The translations under genes and the position numbers were made by a program. From Bacteroidota bacterium (GTDB lineage Bacteria; Bacteroidota; Ignavibacteria; SZUA-365): DNA of 64,000 bases. Each line of letters opens with the position of its first letter. Within the stretch, counting starts at the first letter, position 1. The stretch spans positions 32,063 to 96,062 of the forward strand of contig JAEYUG010000119.1 in the NCBI GenBank assembly GCA_023432805.1. The letters are read 5' to 3'. Of this stretch, positions 28,238 through 38,400 are shown one piece after another. The notes beneath the pieces were generated by a model, which was not told the origin of the DNA, made no database searches, and saw only the letters and a program-made list of their open reading frames with translations.

Positions 28238-30778
28238 ATGAAAGCCGTGATCATGGCGGGAGGGTTTGGAACCCGCCTCAGACCGCTCACCTGTAACATC
28301 CCAAAGCCCATGGTGCCAATGGTGAATCGGCCCATGATGCAGCATATCGTGGACCTGCTCACCGCGCACGGGTTCAGCGATATCGTCTCGCTCCTCTACT
28401 ATCATCCTGCGGCGATCCGCAACTATTTCGGTGATGGAAGTTCGCAGGGCATTCGCATGCAATACATGCAGGCTGAAGCAGATTTCGGAACAGCAGGCAG
28501 CGTACGGAATGCTTGGGAGAAGATCGGAGACGAGCGCTTCCTGATCATCAGCGGCGATGTGTTGACCGATTTCGATCTGACCGCTGCGATGGCCTTTCAC
28601 ACCGAGAAAAAAGCCGACGCGACGCTCGTGCTCACACGGGTCGCCAATCCCCTGCAGTTTGGTGTCGTCATCACGGACGACGATGGCAACATCACACGCT
28701 TTCTCGAAAAGCCGTCGTGGGGTGAAGTGTTCAGTGACACGATCAACACAGGGATCTACATCATCGAGAATCATGTTCTGCAGATCATTCCGTACAAACA
28801 GGACTACGATTTCAGCAAGAACCTTTTTCCTGCAATGATGCAGGAGGGAATGAAGCTCTGCGGCTATATCGCCGAGGGGTACTGGCGTGACGTGGGAAAC
28901 CTGAACGAATATCAGGACGCGTCGATGGATTGTCTTGCCGGGCGCGTGAACGTGATCCTGCCCGGAACAATGGTGCCGCAGTATGCGGAACGCAATGTGC
29001 GACTGCATGCGGGGGAGGGGAGCATGCTTCCCGAGATGGGCGATGGTCTCAAAGGTACTGTCGTTGTTGGCCGCAACTGCCGTATTGCCGAGTCCGCCAA
29101 CATCGTCAACTCCGTGATCGGCGACAACGTGACGATCTATGATGGCGCGACGATTCTCAATACCGTGATCTGGGATGGCTGCACCATCGAAGAACAAGTC
29201 GAGATCTCGAACAGCGTTGTCGGCTTTGAAACGATTCTTCGCAGTGGAGCCACCGTCGACGACAATGTTTTCATCAGCGACAGATGTCAGATCGGCCGCG
29301 ATGCCTCGCTGCTGTCGAATATCAAGCTCTGGCCGGAGAAATCCGTCGAAGACGGCGCTGTGCTTTCGAAGAGCCTCGTGTGGGAAGACCGCTGGCTCAA
29401 GGAGCTCTTTACCGATGCACGCATCACCGGCTCTGCCAACATCGAGATCAATCCCGAATTCGGCGCAAAGCTCGGCGCCGCTCTCGGTGCCATGATCGGC
29501 GAAGGACGCATGGTCCTGGCCAGTCGCGATCCCGACAGCGCTTCGCGCATGATCAAGCGTGCGATCGCATGTGGACTCATGTCTGCGGGAGTGCAGGTCT
29601 ATGACATGCAGACCAATGCAATTCCCATGGTGCGCCAGGAACTTCGCAACGGGAAATGTGCCGCAGGCTATCACGTGCGCAAGTCGCCCTTCGACCACAG
29701 GTCGATGGATATCATCTTCTTTGACAGCACCGGCAAGGATCTACCCGGAAACCGCACCAAATCCATCGAACGGCAGTTCTTTTCAGAGGATTTCCGACGT
29801 GCCTCGCACGACCACATCGGTTCGGTGCATTTCGCGGAACGCTCGACGGAGAACTATCGCGAACGCTTCCTCGCCGGAATCGACATGCAGCGCATTGCAT
29901 CGCGACATTTCGATGTCGTGATCGACTACAGCTTTGGCATTGCCTCGGCCATTTTTCCGAACATCCTGGGAGAGATGGAGGCGCAGGTGGTGTCATTGAA
30001 CGCCTACGTCGATCCCAGGCGGTTGACGCGTTCGAGCGATGAGTTCTCTTCCGCCTGCGACCACATCTCTCAGATCGTCAAATCCCTCTCGTCTGACATT
30101 GGGTTTCTGTTGGATGCCGGAGCGGAAAAGGTGTTTGTCACCGACGAACATGGGCGATCGATTCCCGACGAGAGACTGCTTCCCATCGTCACCAAGCTGT
30201 ATCTCGAGAGTCGTCGCCGGCTCGGCGTTGAAGTGAAGCATGTGGGATGTCCTGTGGGCGCCACCTCCGAAGTGGATCTCGTCGCCCGTGAATACGGTGT
30301 GGAAGTCGTGCGCAGCGACAATACACATGGCGGCATGATGAGTCTCGTCATCGACAATCCTGCGGTCCCCTTCGTGGGCGGAACGAAGGGTGGATTCATC
30401 TTCTCGGAATTCAGCTTTGCGACAGATGCCATGTTCAGTGTCGCGAAGATCCTCGAGATGATGGCGATGACCGGTTGGTCGCTTGGCCAGATTGATGCCA
30501 TGATCGAACGCCTTCATCGGACGCAGCGAAACATCCCCTGTGATTGGGATGCGAAGGGGCGCGTCATGCGCCTGGCCATGCGAGATTCAGAGGGACGAGA
30601 GCGAAGGCTTGTCGATGGCATCAAGATTTTTTACGACGACCGGACCTGGGTGCTTCTGATCCCCAGCAAGGAGTTTGCAACCTTCCACATCACAGTCGAA
30701 GCCGCATCGCCTGAACGCGCAGAAGAACTCGCAGGCGAATACGAGCAGAAGGTTGTTCAATGGCGCGATAATGTCTAA
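28238..30778 (+). CDS. Sugar-1-phosphate nucleotidyltransferase + left-handed beta-helix + phosphohexomutase-like fusion protein
   Basis: I chose the ATG at 28238; the ORF-track GTG is at 28232. N-terminus MKAVIMAGGFGTRLRPLT...KPMVP (NTP-transferase). Hexapeptide repeats around aa 280-360. C-terminal about 450 aa align by eye to the alpha-D-phosphohexomutase architecture, but its motifs are degenerate (see findings). Confidence 0.85.
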   Translation: MKAVIMAGGFGTRLRPLTCNIPKPMVPMVNRPMMQHIVDLLTAHGFSDIVSLLYYHPAAIRNYFGDGSSQGIRMQYMQAEADFGTAGSVRNAWEKIGDERFLIISGDVLTDFDLTAAMAFHTEKKADATLVLTRVANPLQFGVVITDDDGNITRFLEKPSWGEVFSDTINTGIYIIENHVLQIIPYKQDYDFSKNLFPAMMQEGMKLCGYIAEGYWRDVGNLNEYQDASMDCLAGRVNVILPGTMVPQYAERNVRLHAGEGSMLPEMGDGLKGTVVVGRNCRIAESANIVNSVIGDNVTIYDGATILNTVIWDGCTIEEQVEISNSVVGFETILRSGATVDDNVFISDRCQIGRDASLLSNIKLWPEKSVEDGAVLSKSLVWEDRWLKELFTDARITGSANIEINPEFGAKLGAALGAMIGEGRMVLASRDPDSASRMIKRAIACGLMSAGVQVYDMQTNAIPMVRQELRNGKCAAGYHVRKSPFDHRSMDIIFFDSTGKDLPGNRTKSIERQFFSEDFRRASHDHIGSVHFAERSTENYRERFLAGIDMQRIASRHFDVVIDYSFGIASAIFPNILGEMEAQVVSLNAYVDPRRLTRSSDEFSSACDHISQIVKSLSSDIGFLLDAGAEKVFVTDEHGRSIPDERLLPIVTKLYLESRRRLGVEVKHVGCPVGATSEVDLVAREYGVEVVRSDNTHGGMMSLVIDNPAVPFVGGTKGGFIFSEFSFATDAMFSVAKILEMMAMTGWSLGQIDAMIERLHRTQRNIPCDWDAKGRVMRLAMRDSEGRERRLVDGIKIFYDDRTWVLLIPSKEFATFHITVEAASPERAEELAGEYEQKVVQWRDNV

Positions 30779-30816
30779 TTTGCGTAATTAACCTTACGAG
30801 CAGACAGACTGTACCC

Positions 30817-31287
30817 ATGAAAATCAGCAGCATCCTCACCGAAGATCTCATACAGGTCGATGTACCGGGATCGACGAAAGAGGAAGTCATCAATGCGGTC
30901 ATCGACCTCGCCGCGAAATCCCAGAAGGTCAAGGATATCGAGAAAGTCCGCCTCGCAATTTTCGAGCGTGAGAAAATCATGTCGACCGGTGTGGGGAAGG
31001 GCTTTGCGATTCCGCATGGAAAAACTGATGCCGTCAGCGACATCGTCGCGGCCTTTGCGGTTACCAGAGAACCGATTGATTATCAGTCCCTCGATCATGA
31101 GCCCGTCCGCCTGCTGTTTCTCCTCATCGGAAAGGACAGCCTTGTCGGCGCTCACATCAAGCTGCTCAGTCGTATTTCGCGCCTGATGAACAAGGAGGAG
31201 CTTCGCGGGAAGTTGCTGCACGCAACCTCTTCCGCCGAGATCCTCGAGGTGCTCAAGACTGAGGAAATGAACTACCTCGACGTGTAG
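30817..31287 (+). CDS. ptsN: PTS EIIA type-2 domain protein (PtsN-like nitrogen regulatory IIA)
   Basis: 156 aa. IFEREKIMSTGVGKGFAIPHGKTDAV (phosphorylatable His in the AIPHG context). Confidence 0.8.
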   Translation: MKISSILTEDLIQVDVPGSTKEEVINAVIDLAAKSQKVKDIEKVRLAIFEREKIMSTGVGKGFAIPHGKTDAVSDIVAAFAVTREPIDYQSLDHEPVRLLFLLIGKDSLVGAHIKLLSRISRLMNKEELRGKLLHATSSAEILEVLKTEEMNYLDV

Positions 31288-31310
31288 TTCGCACGCGTCA
31301 TCTTTGTTGC

Positions 31311-31341
31311 GAAAGGGCATGCCTTGCCGGCGTGCCTTTTT
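31311..31341 (+). terminator. Rho-independent terminator after ptsN
   Basis: aaaGGGCATGCCttgccGGCGTGCCttttt: an 8-bp stem with one G-U pair, followed by T5. Lies between ptsN and hisS. Confidence 0.6.
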
Positions 31342-31404
31342 CGTACAAGAGGGTTCGTGCATGCCCAGCTGTCCGCACCACTTTCCGTCACCAGCTTTCT
31401 TTCC

Positions 31405-32667
31405 ATGGTCATGGCCTACCAATCCGTCAAGGGCACCCGCGACATCATCCCTCCGGAATCCAATGCCTGGATTCATCTCGAGCAGCATGTCCGCAAGCAC
31501 ATGGAGCGCGCGGGCTATGAGGAGATTCGTACACCCATGTTTGAAGACACGAGCGTATTCACTCGTGGAATCGGCGAAGATACAGATATCGTGGGAAAGG
31601 AGATGTACACGTTCACCGACAAGGGTGGATCGTCGCTGACACTTCGTCCTGAGATGACCGCTCCTGTAATGCGGGCGTGGCTGCAGCATTCCCTCGGCGA
31701 ACGCAGCATGCACTCGCGCCTGTACTACATCGGTCCCATGTTTCGACAGGAGCGTCCTCAGGCAGGTCGTTACCGGCAGTTTCATCAATTCGGGTTTGAG
31801 AGCATCGGACTGGGAACCCCCGAATGCGACACGGAAGTGATTGCCCTAGCATCGGACATCTACACCGATCTCGGCATTCCGCATGTCCTGAAAATTAATT
31901 CCGTGGGCGATCCCGAAAGCCGCGTGACCTATCGCGCCGCACTGCAGACGTACCTGCGGGGAGTGGAAGAGCATCTGACTGCCGAGAGCCGTCGAAGGAT
32001 GGAGACAAATCCCATGCGCGTGCTCGACTCCAAAGCTCCACAGGACCGTGAGGTGACGATGGAAGCCCCGCACATGCTCGACTTCCTCGGTGAGGAGACG
32101 CGCGCGCACTTCGATCGTGTCCTGCTGCTGCTGGATGCGTTGAAGGTTTCCTACGTGATCGATCATCGTCTCGTACGAGGGCTGGACTACTACTCACGCA
32201 CGGCGTTCGAATTTGTCAGCGATGCCCTCGGAGCACAGGATGCGCTGGGCGGGGGCGGCCGCTATGATGGTCTGGCCGAGCAGCTAGGGGGACGAAGTAC
32301 ACCTGCGGTAGGGTTTGCGGCCGGTATCGAGCGTCTGCTCCTTGTGCTTGAGAAGCAGGGCTACGCTGTTGAGCAGCATGTTCCACTCGCGTTCTTCATC
32401 GGCATGGACGATGTCTCGCGTCAGTGGGCTTTTGAGCAGACCATGGCGTTCCGTCGAGCAGGCATGTCCGCCGCCTGCGATCTGGCTGGACGTAGTCTGA
32501 AGGCAACACTACGCGAGGCGAACCGCCAACAGGCTCGGCATGTCGTGCTCGCTGGGGAATCGGAGATGGCCACGCAGACTGCCACGGTGAAGAACATGGG
32601 GCAGGGCACGCAGGAATCCGTAGCGTTCAAAGACCTGGTGACCTACTTTGCACACCTGATTCAGTAG
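31405..32667 (+). CDS. hisS: Histidyl-tRNA synthetase
   Basis: Internal ATG (31405 or 31411) of ORF 31324..32667. MAYQSVKGTRDIIPPE...YEEIRTPMFE...RLYYIGPMFRQERPQAGRYRQFHQFG...GGGRYDGL. Confidence 0.95.
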   Translation: MVMAYQSVKGTRDIIPPESNAWIHLEQHVRKHMERAGYEEIRTPMFEDTSVFTRGIGEDTDIVGKEMYTFTDKGGSSLTLRPEMTAPVMRAWLQHSLGERSMHSRLYYIGPMFRQERPQAGRYRQFHQFGFESIGLGTPECDTEVIALASDIYTDLGIPHVLKINSVGDPESRVTYRAALQTYLRGVEEHLTAESRRRMETNPMRVLDSKAPQDREVTMEAPHMLDFLGEETRAHFDRVLLLLDALKVSYVIDHRLVRGLDYYSRTAFEFVSDALGAQDALGGGGRYDGLAEQLGGRSTPAVGFAAGIERLLLVLEKQGYAVEQHVPLAFFIGMDDVSRQWAFEQTMAFRRAGMSAACDLAGRSLKATLREANRQQARHVVLAGESEMATQTATVKNMGQGTQESVAFKDLVTYFAHLIQ

Positions 32668-32674
32668 GAGTCCG

Positions 32675-33070
32675 ATGTTTCCCCGCATTGACAAGGGACC
32701 GATCGAGTACGATCTGCAGATCGGTTCCGCCTGGAATACAGAGAGGAAGAGGAACTGCCTTCGCTTCCTGTTTCACACGACCGAGGAATTCCATCACTTC
32801 CGATATGAGATCACGGTCGAGCATTCCATTTCCGATGGTCACATGGAGTTTCACCTCAAGGGATTGAAGCCACGCATCATGGGGATGCCAGGCGTCGGCC
32901 ATGCGGAGAAGGTTGTGGATGTCTTCGATGCATCCGGAACATACACTGTCAGCGTGGTGAAGCCCGGTGAGATTCGCAACGATTTCGAGGTCCGCGTCAA
33001 GGGCGAGAGAATCACACTTGTGCGTCCGATTTCAAGTGAGGGCGCGTTCATAACCATTAGCATCGTCTGA
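32675..33070 (+). CDS. Hypothetical small protein (131 aa)
   Basis: ATG preceded by tAGGAGtccg. No signal peptide. Looks beta-rich. No family recognised. GC by eye is lower than in the flanking genes. Confidence 0.5.
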   Translation: MFPRIDKGPIEYDLQIGSAWNTERKRNCLRFLFHTTEEFHHFRYEITVEHSISDGHMEFHLKGLKPRIMGMPGVGHAEKVVDVFDASGTYTVSVVKPGEIRNDFEVRVKGERITLVRPISSEGAFITISIV

Positions 33071-33074
33071 AATC

Positions 33075-33920
33075 ATGTATCCAGTCCTGTTCCACATCGG
33101 TCCGATACCTGTCTACAGTTATGGACTGATGCTCGGCGTCGCGTTCATGGTGGCGAACCTGCTCATCACGAATGAATTACGGCGCAGAGGTGACGACCCG
33201 AACCTCGCCACGACCGTCACAATGTTCGCGCTCATCGGAGGGATCCTCGGTGCGAAGCTCTTCCACATCTTCGAAAATTTCGGAGAGTTTGCCGCAAATC
33301 CGCGCGACATGCTCCTGTCGTCGGGAGGCTTGACCTGGTATGGCGGCTTTCTGATCGCGACCCTGCTCATCTTCCTGTACTTTCGGCGGAAGCATCTTGT
33401 GATGATGGCGTTCGCCGATATCGCAGCCCCGGCACTCGCGATCGGTTATGGATTCGGGAGGGTAGGCTGCCAGCTTGCGGGCGATGGCGACTATGGGATC
33501 CCGTCGAATCTTCCATGGGCGATGACGTACACGAACGGAACCGTGCCGACGCTCAGCGCGTTGAATCCGCAGCTCGCGGACAAGTTCATGGAGCTGTTTC
33601 CCAACACGCCGATTCCGGTTGACATCGCAGTGCATCCGACACCGATCTATGAGATCATCCTCGCTGTCGTCGTCTTCACCTTCCTGTATGTTCGTCGAAC
33701 CAGATCGTTGCCGCTTGCCAATCAATTTGGCTGGTTCCTGATCCTTCATTCCATCGCACGATTCTTCGTCGAGTTCATCCGCCTGAACAGTCACCTCATG
33801 CTCGGCCTGTCTCAGGCGCAGGTCATCTCGATCGGTCTCATCGGTTGGGGAGTGTATCTCGTCATGCATCCCACTGCGCCGACATCGGAGTTGCGCCGCG
33901 CGCCGTCCCGTCGAACCTGA
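33075..33920 (+). CDS. lgt: Prolipoprotein diacylglyceryl transferase
   Basis: 281 aa. IPVYSYGLMLGVAF...GGLTWYGGFL...GYGFGRVGCQLAGDGDYG...HPTPIYE. Confidence 0.93.
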   Translation: MYPVLFHIGPIPVYSYGLMLGVAFMVANLLITNELRRRGDDPNLATTVTMFALIGGILGAKLFHIFENFGEFAANPRDMLLSSGGLTWYGGFLIATLLIFLYFRRKHLVMMAFADIAAPALAIGYGFGRVGCQLAGDGDYGIPSNLPWAMTYTNGTVPTLSALNPQLADKFMELFPNTPIPVDIAVHPTPIYEIILAVVVFTFLYVRRTRSLPLANQFGWFLILHSIARFFVEFIRLNSHLMLGLSQAQVISIGLIGWGVYLVMHPTAPTSELRRAPSRRT

Positions 33921-33947
33921 ACATCTGTGTCGTCAATCATCAGACTC

Positions 33948-35363
33948 ATGCACATTCACCCAGCAATACTGTCCCTTTCGCGAGCATCCGTTTTCGCGGT
34001 TGTCTTGATGAGTCCGCCCGTGTTCGGGCAGGACCCTCCGAGCAGTGAGCGTCCCGTTCCGCTGTCCATCGTTCGAGATTCTCTCCCGAATGGATTGCAC
34101 ATCATCTACACGAGGGTGAACGAGCTCCCGCTCGTGGAATGGAACCTCATCATCCATGCCGGTGCCGCAAACGATCCCGCCGGCAAGGAGGGACTCGCTG
34201 CGATGACGGCGCAGGTACTGCTTTCCGATGCACCACGCGGTGAGCGCCCTCCCATTCCCGCCACGTTGGCACAACTTGCATCGAGTATGACGACATATGC
34301 CGGTGCTGAATATTCGCAGATATACGCACGCTCGCTTGCACGGCACGCACTGCAGGCTCTTGACATGCTTGTGGAAATCGCCCGAAATCCGGCATTGACT
34401 CCGGATGCCATCAGGGAAAAGGCCCGCGTCATGCAGACCGGGATCAGTTCGATGAATCGTGGCGCGGGCGAGGCTGTCACACGCGCACTCCTGGCTGGAA
34501 TGTACGGGCCGTCTCATCCCGCTGTTCGCATGTCGGACATGAGCTCTGCGACCGTGAACGCATTGACACTGGATGATGTTCAGCGTTTCCATCGCACCTG
34601 GTACGTCCCAGGCAACATGACACTCATCATCACCGGGAACGTTGAGTATGCTTCCCTCAGAGACGTCATCGCGGATCGATTCGCGAATTGGGCATCCGGG
34701 TCACTTCCGATCAGTACAGCTACCATGCCGGCACATGCTCCTGGCATGTTGCTCGTTGTTGAGGATACTCCGCAGCAAGTCGTGCCGATGCGTGTAGCAA
34801 TTCCTGGTCCGGCCCGCAATGATCCGCGCGCGACAGCCTATCTCGTACTGAATCACATTCTTGGCGAAGGTCGTGCTTCTCGCTTGTTCCGAGCATTCTG
34901 GGGTGACCGCTTCATCCATCCCAGTTTTCAAAGTGACATTCTGTTTTTTCGAGATGCGAGCACAATCATCGTATCAGGAAATGCACCTGTGCGACTTGCT
35001 GACTCTGTCTCAACCATCGTGATGGGTGTCGTCGAGGCGATCGCTGCGAACGGCGTGACGAACGAGGAACTGGCAAGTGCAAAACTCGCGCTTGCGGGTA
35101 CCTCGATGTATGAGTTCACAACAAATCGCAAGGTCCAGTCGCTCCTGCAGGATGCAGTGACCAATGCATACGATCCGATGCATATCACCCGTTTTAAGCA
35201 GGAGGTCGACGCAGTGACAATTGCCGACCTGCAGGCTATTGCATCAGAACTGACGGCATCTCAAAAGGTCTGGATGGCGATCAGTGGGAGCCTGCCTGCG
35301 CTGCACGGGGCTTCCCGTACCTTTTTCGGTGAGCGAGTGCGTGAGGTCGCCCGGACGAAATGA
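33948..35363 (+). CDS. Secreted M16 (pitrilysin)-family protein lacking the HxxEH zinc motif
   Basis: I chose the ATG at 33948; the ORF-track GTG is at 33927. Signal peptide ...SPPVFG|QDPP. M16-like fold signature LPNGLHIIYTRVNELPLVEWNLIIHAGAANDPAGKEGLAAMTAQVLL. The position where active M16 enzymes carry HxxEH reads AAMTAQ. Confidence 0.75.
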   Translation: MHIHPAILSLSRASVFAVVLMSPPVFGQDPPSSERPVPLSIVRDSLPNGLHIIYTRVNELPLVEWNLIIHAGAANDPAGKEGLAAMTAQVLLSDAPRGERPPIPATLAQLASSMTTYAGAEYSQIYARSLARHALQALDMLVEIARNPALTPDAIREKARVMQTGISSMNRGAGEAVTRALLAGMYGPSHPAVRMSDMSSATVNALTLDDVQRFHRTWYVPGNMTLIITGNVEYASLRDVIADRFANWASGSLPISTATMPAHAPGMLLVVEDTPQQVVPMRVAIPGPARNDPRATAYLVLNHILGEGRASRLFRAFWGDRFIHPSFQSDILFFRDASTIIVSGNAPVRLADSVSTIVMGVVEAIAANGVTNEELASAKLALAGTSMYEFTTNRKVQSLLQDAVTNAYDPMHITRFKQEVDAVTIADLQAIASELTASQKVWMAISGSLPALHGASRTFFGERVREVARTK

Positions 35364-35394
35364 CAACCCGAATAGCTTCCGAACATCTCAAATG

Positions 35395-35427
35395 AAAAAC
35401 GTCCGGCTTTGCAGCCGGACGTTTTTT
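35395..35427. terminator. Bidirectional rho-independent terminator between convergent genes
   Basis: aaaaacGTCCGGCtttgcaGCCGGACgtttttt: a perfect 7-bp (extendable) stem flanked by an A-tract and a T-tract. Confidence 0.75.
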
Positions 35428-35467
35428 GTTCTGATTCGTGGGGACTGGGGAGTCCTGTCAGACCAGG

Positions 35468-38400
35468 CTACTTCATCAGGTGCATCATCCGTGTGATGAC
35501 CGTTGCACCCGCTTCAAGACGATACACGTAGACGCCACTGGCGAGGTCGCGTGCATCGAGCTCGATCGTATGGCGGCCTGCAGCATGCTGCGATTCCTTC
35601 AATGTACGTACGACCTGTCCGTGCATGTCCAGAATGCGAATGGCAACGGGGCCTGCGCTGGGAACATCATATACGATCGTGGTTGTTGGATTGAATGGGT
35701 TCGGGTAGTTCTGATGCAGCGCAAACGCACCTGGGGTCGGAAGTGTCGGCGCACTGACAATGGTGCCGGAGAAGGAAATGATCTTCTCGGACGTGTTCAC
35801 ACCGTCGCTTGCGATAACACGCAGTTTGTAGCTCGAACCCTGTCGCACGTTGAGGCGAGTGGCGACACTATCCTGGCCTTCCCAATAGATGAGCTTCCAT
35901 GTGGCACCATCGTCGTCGCTGACGTACACGGTGTACCAGAAGGTGGTTTCGCCATCGGTGTCGGTTGCACGCCACGTGGCAATCACCGAGTCGGAGGCCT
36001 TGACCTGCGATCCATCCTGCGGATACGTAATATCGACGACAGGTGCATTGCTTGTAATGATGCGCTCGGCGATCGTGCTGCCGTTGGATTCGACGATCAC
36101 GCGCTTGACTGCATCGGAGAACGGGGCGACAAATGCGAAGTACTCTTTGGTGAATTGCGGATTCTCGCCGGCTTCATCCAGACCGAGGGCGACAAAGGTC
36201 GGGCGGTAGAAGTATCGGCTGAGTGTGGAACCAGCCGCGTCGAGGAATTTGATCGTATGCGTCGAGTAGGTCGAATCCATCATCGACGAGTAAACGGCCT
36301 GATCAATCTTTACCCAGGGACCGAACGAAACGTGTTTGGTCGTGCTGTCAACCATGCCTTCGACCAGGATGGCCTTTCCAGCGGAAGGATTGCCATATCC
36401 AGTGAAATCCTTCTGGCGAGACATGAGCTTCGAATACTCGAATTCGCTGATCCAGCGGGTGTAGTTGTACGACGAGTTTGCAAGCTTGGCATTGCCCATG
36501 AAGCAATGCGATTTTTGCAACTGGTCCGCCTTGTTTCGTGTTCCCGTATGGATAACACGCGGGATGCTCGTATCCATGCCATCGTTGATGTCCAGACCGA
36601 TGTACGCGATCTGATACTGCTCCATCTGATCCTCATTCGTCGGATCGAGATCCTGGCGGCGCAAACCGAAGCTGTGGCCGAGGTCGTGCGCGAGGAAGTA
36701 GTGGCTTTGCGATGAGGTGACCGAAAGATCGTATATGCCCGACCAGCTAAGTGTCTGTGAGAGGCGACGCGCAAAGTCATATTGATGCAAGCGGGAACCG
36801 AACCAGTCGCGATGCACGGCGAACACATACCGGTCATACATCGGGTTTGCAGTACGCATGATCTTGTACGACTTCATGATGTAGTACTGCCAGGTTTCCG
36901 GACGCAATGTATCTGGATAGATCCACTGGTAATCTGCAACCCTGGGATCAATGGTGACGGACAACTGGCCCTTGTTCATAGGCCAGGCACGTTCGATGAA
37001 CGAAAGGGTGGAGTCGCGCCATGCGGGAAGCAGCGACGCGTGACCGGTCGGCATGTTGTCGAACGGTTGGACGAAGATGGTTGCATTCGCGCTTCCGTCA
37101 TTGCCCCATCGTGTCGATATCGCGGTGCCGCTGATTGTAAGCACGTTGTTGTTGTCATTCGACTCGATGATGCGGCCCTTCGTGTTGACGGCATCAGGGG
37201 GGTCAACAGTTACGACGACATTGAAGGGACCAGCACTGAGGCCGGCATCAGGGATCGGAATGATCAAGGTCGGAGATTCCATTCCGGGAAGAGCAATCTC
37301 GGCGACGGGATTCTCCATCTGATATTGGATTCCAACATTCTGTTTCTTGTACACATAGAATGTATCGTATGTCTTGCCGTTGACCTCGACCCGCACCTTG
37401 AAGGGAGATGGAACGGCCTCCGTCGTGCCGATGATCGCGCGAACGGCAAAGGACTTGTCTGCGATGATGGATGTCGCCATCTCGTTGACTTGAATGATCG
37501 CTGCCTCAAGGACTTCAAGATCTGCACCTTCCGGTTCCCCGACGGCGATGAGATAGGCCATGTCGATGCACTGCGTCGCAGTGAAGTATGCTTCGAGTGA
37601 GATGGCATCCTTGTATGTGTAGGGGACCTTAACAGACACGGTGGCGCGACCGGATGCGTCGGTGATCGCCTGACCGGTGGTGAGGGTCGATCCCATGATG
37701 CGGAACTCATAGTTGATCCGCGCACCTACCGAGTCCCTGCCCGACAGCACCTCGTACATGTGCATGCTGAATGTCACACTGTCTTCGCCGTTGGCTGTGA
37801 TCGATCGCTTGTCGGGTCCGATGTCCAACCAGTAACTTGTGCGGGGATAGAGTGCACGCAGGAAAGGATCGAAATGCGCGCGTCTTCCGAGTCGCTGCGA
37901 GTTGGTTGGTCCCGTGCACTGGCCCCAGTAGTTTTTCGTCAGATCGATCGTATCGCAATCGACGATCGAAATGATTGTGCCGTCAACACCCTCGCGCTGA
38001 AATTCGTTGAAATTGATGTGCACGCTGTCGACTGCATTCGAAGGAAAACCGGCAGACAGGGAGGAAATGGTGATGATGCACGTTGCTTCGAAGACGTTGT
38101 ACTGAACGGTCGACTGATTGCTCAACGACACGCTTCCATTCGACTGAAACGTGGAATGTGTCATCGAAGTCGGAGTGAATGTCGGTCGGAGCTGTGCCTG
38201 TCCATTGTTGCGGAATGTGCAATTCGTGAACGACTTGCCGCGGATGATGCCGTCGTACTCAACGATGCAGCCGTCTGCCTGAGAGACGCCCTGGATCGTG
38301 CTTTCGTTTCGGACGGTGCAACCGGTCATCGTGATATTGTAGAGCTTGTCGTCGACGAATGCGAAGTCGTTCCGGTTCTGATCGGTCAGCCATGTGAAGA

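Noticed and set aside
28052-29698. Long antisense or out-of-frame ORFs elsewhere: 28052..29698 (-), 15858..17051 (+), 552..1853 (+), 2030..3097 (+), 40279..41148 (-), 46230..47135 (+) and 48496..49404 (+).
   Set aside because: The explanation is the same GC3 artefact. 28052..29698 and 15858..17051 are in the codon-aligned antisense register of a well-supported gene. The others are Arg/Gly/His/Asp-rich with no family signatures.
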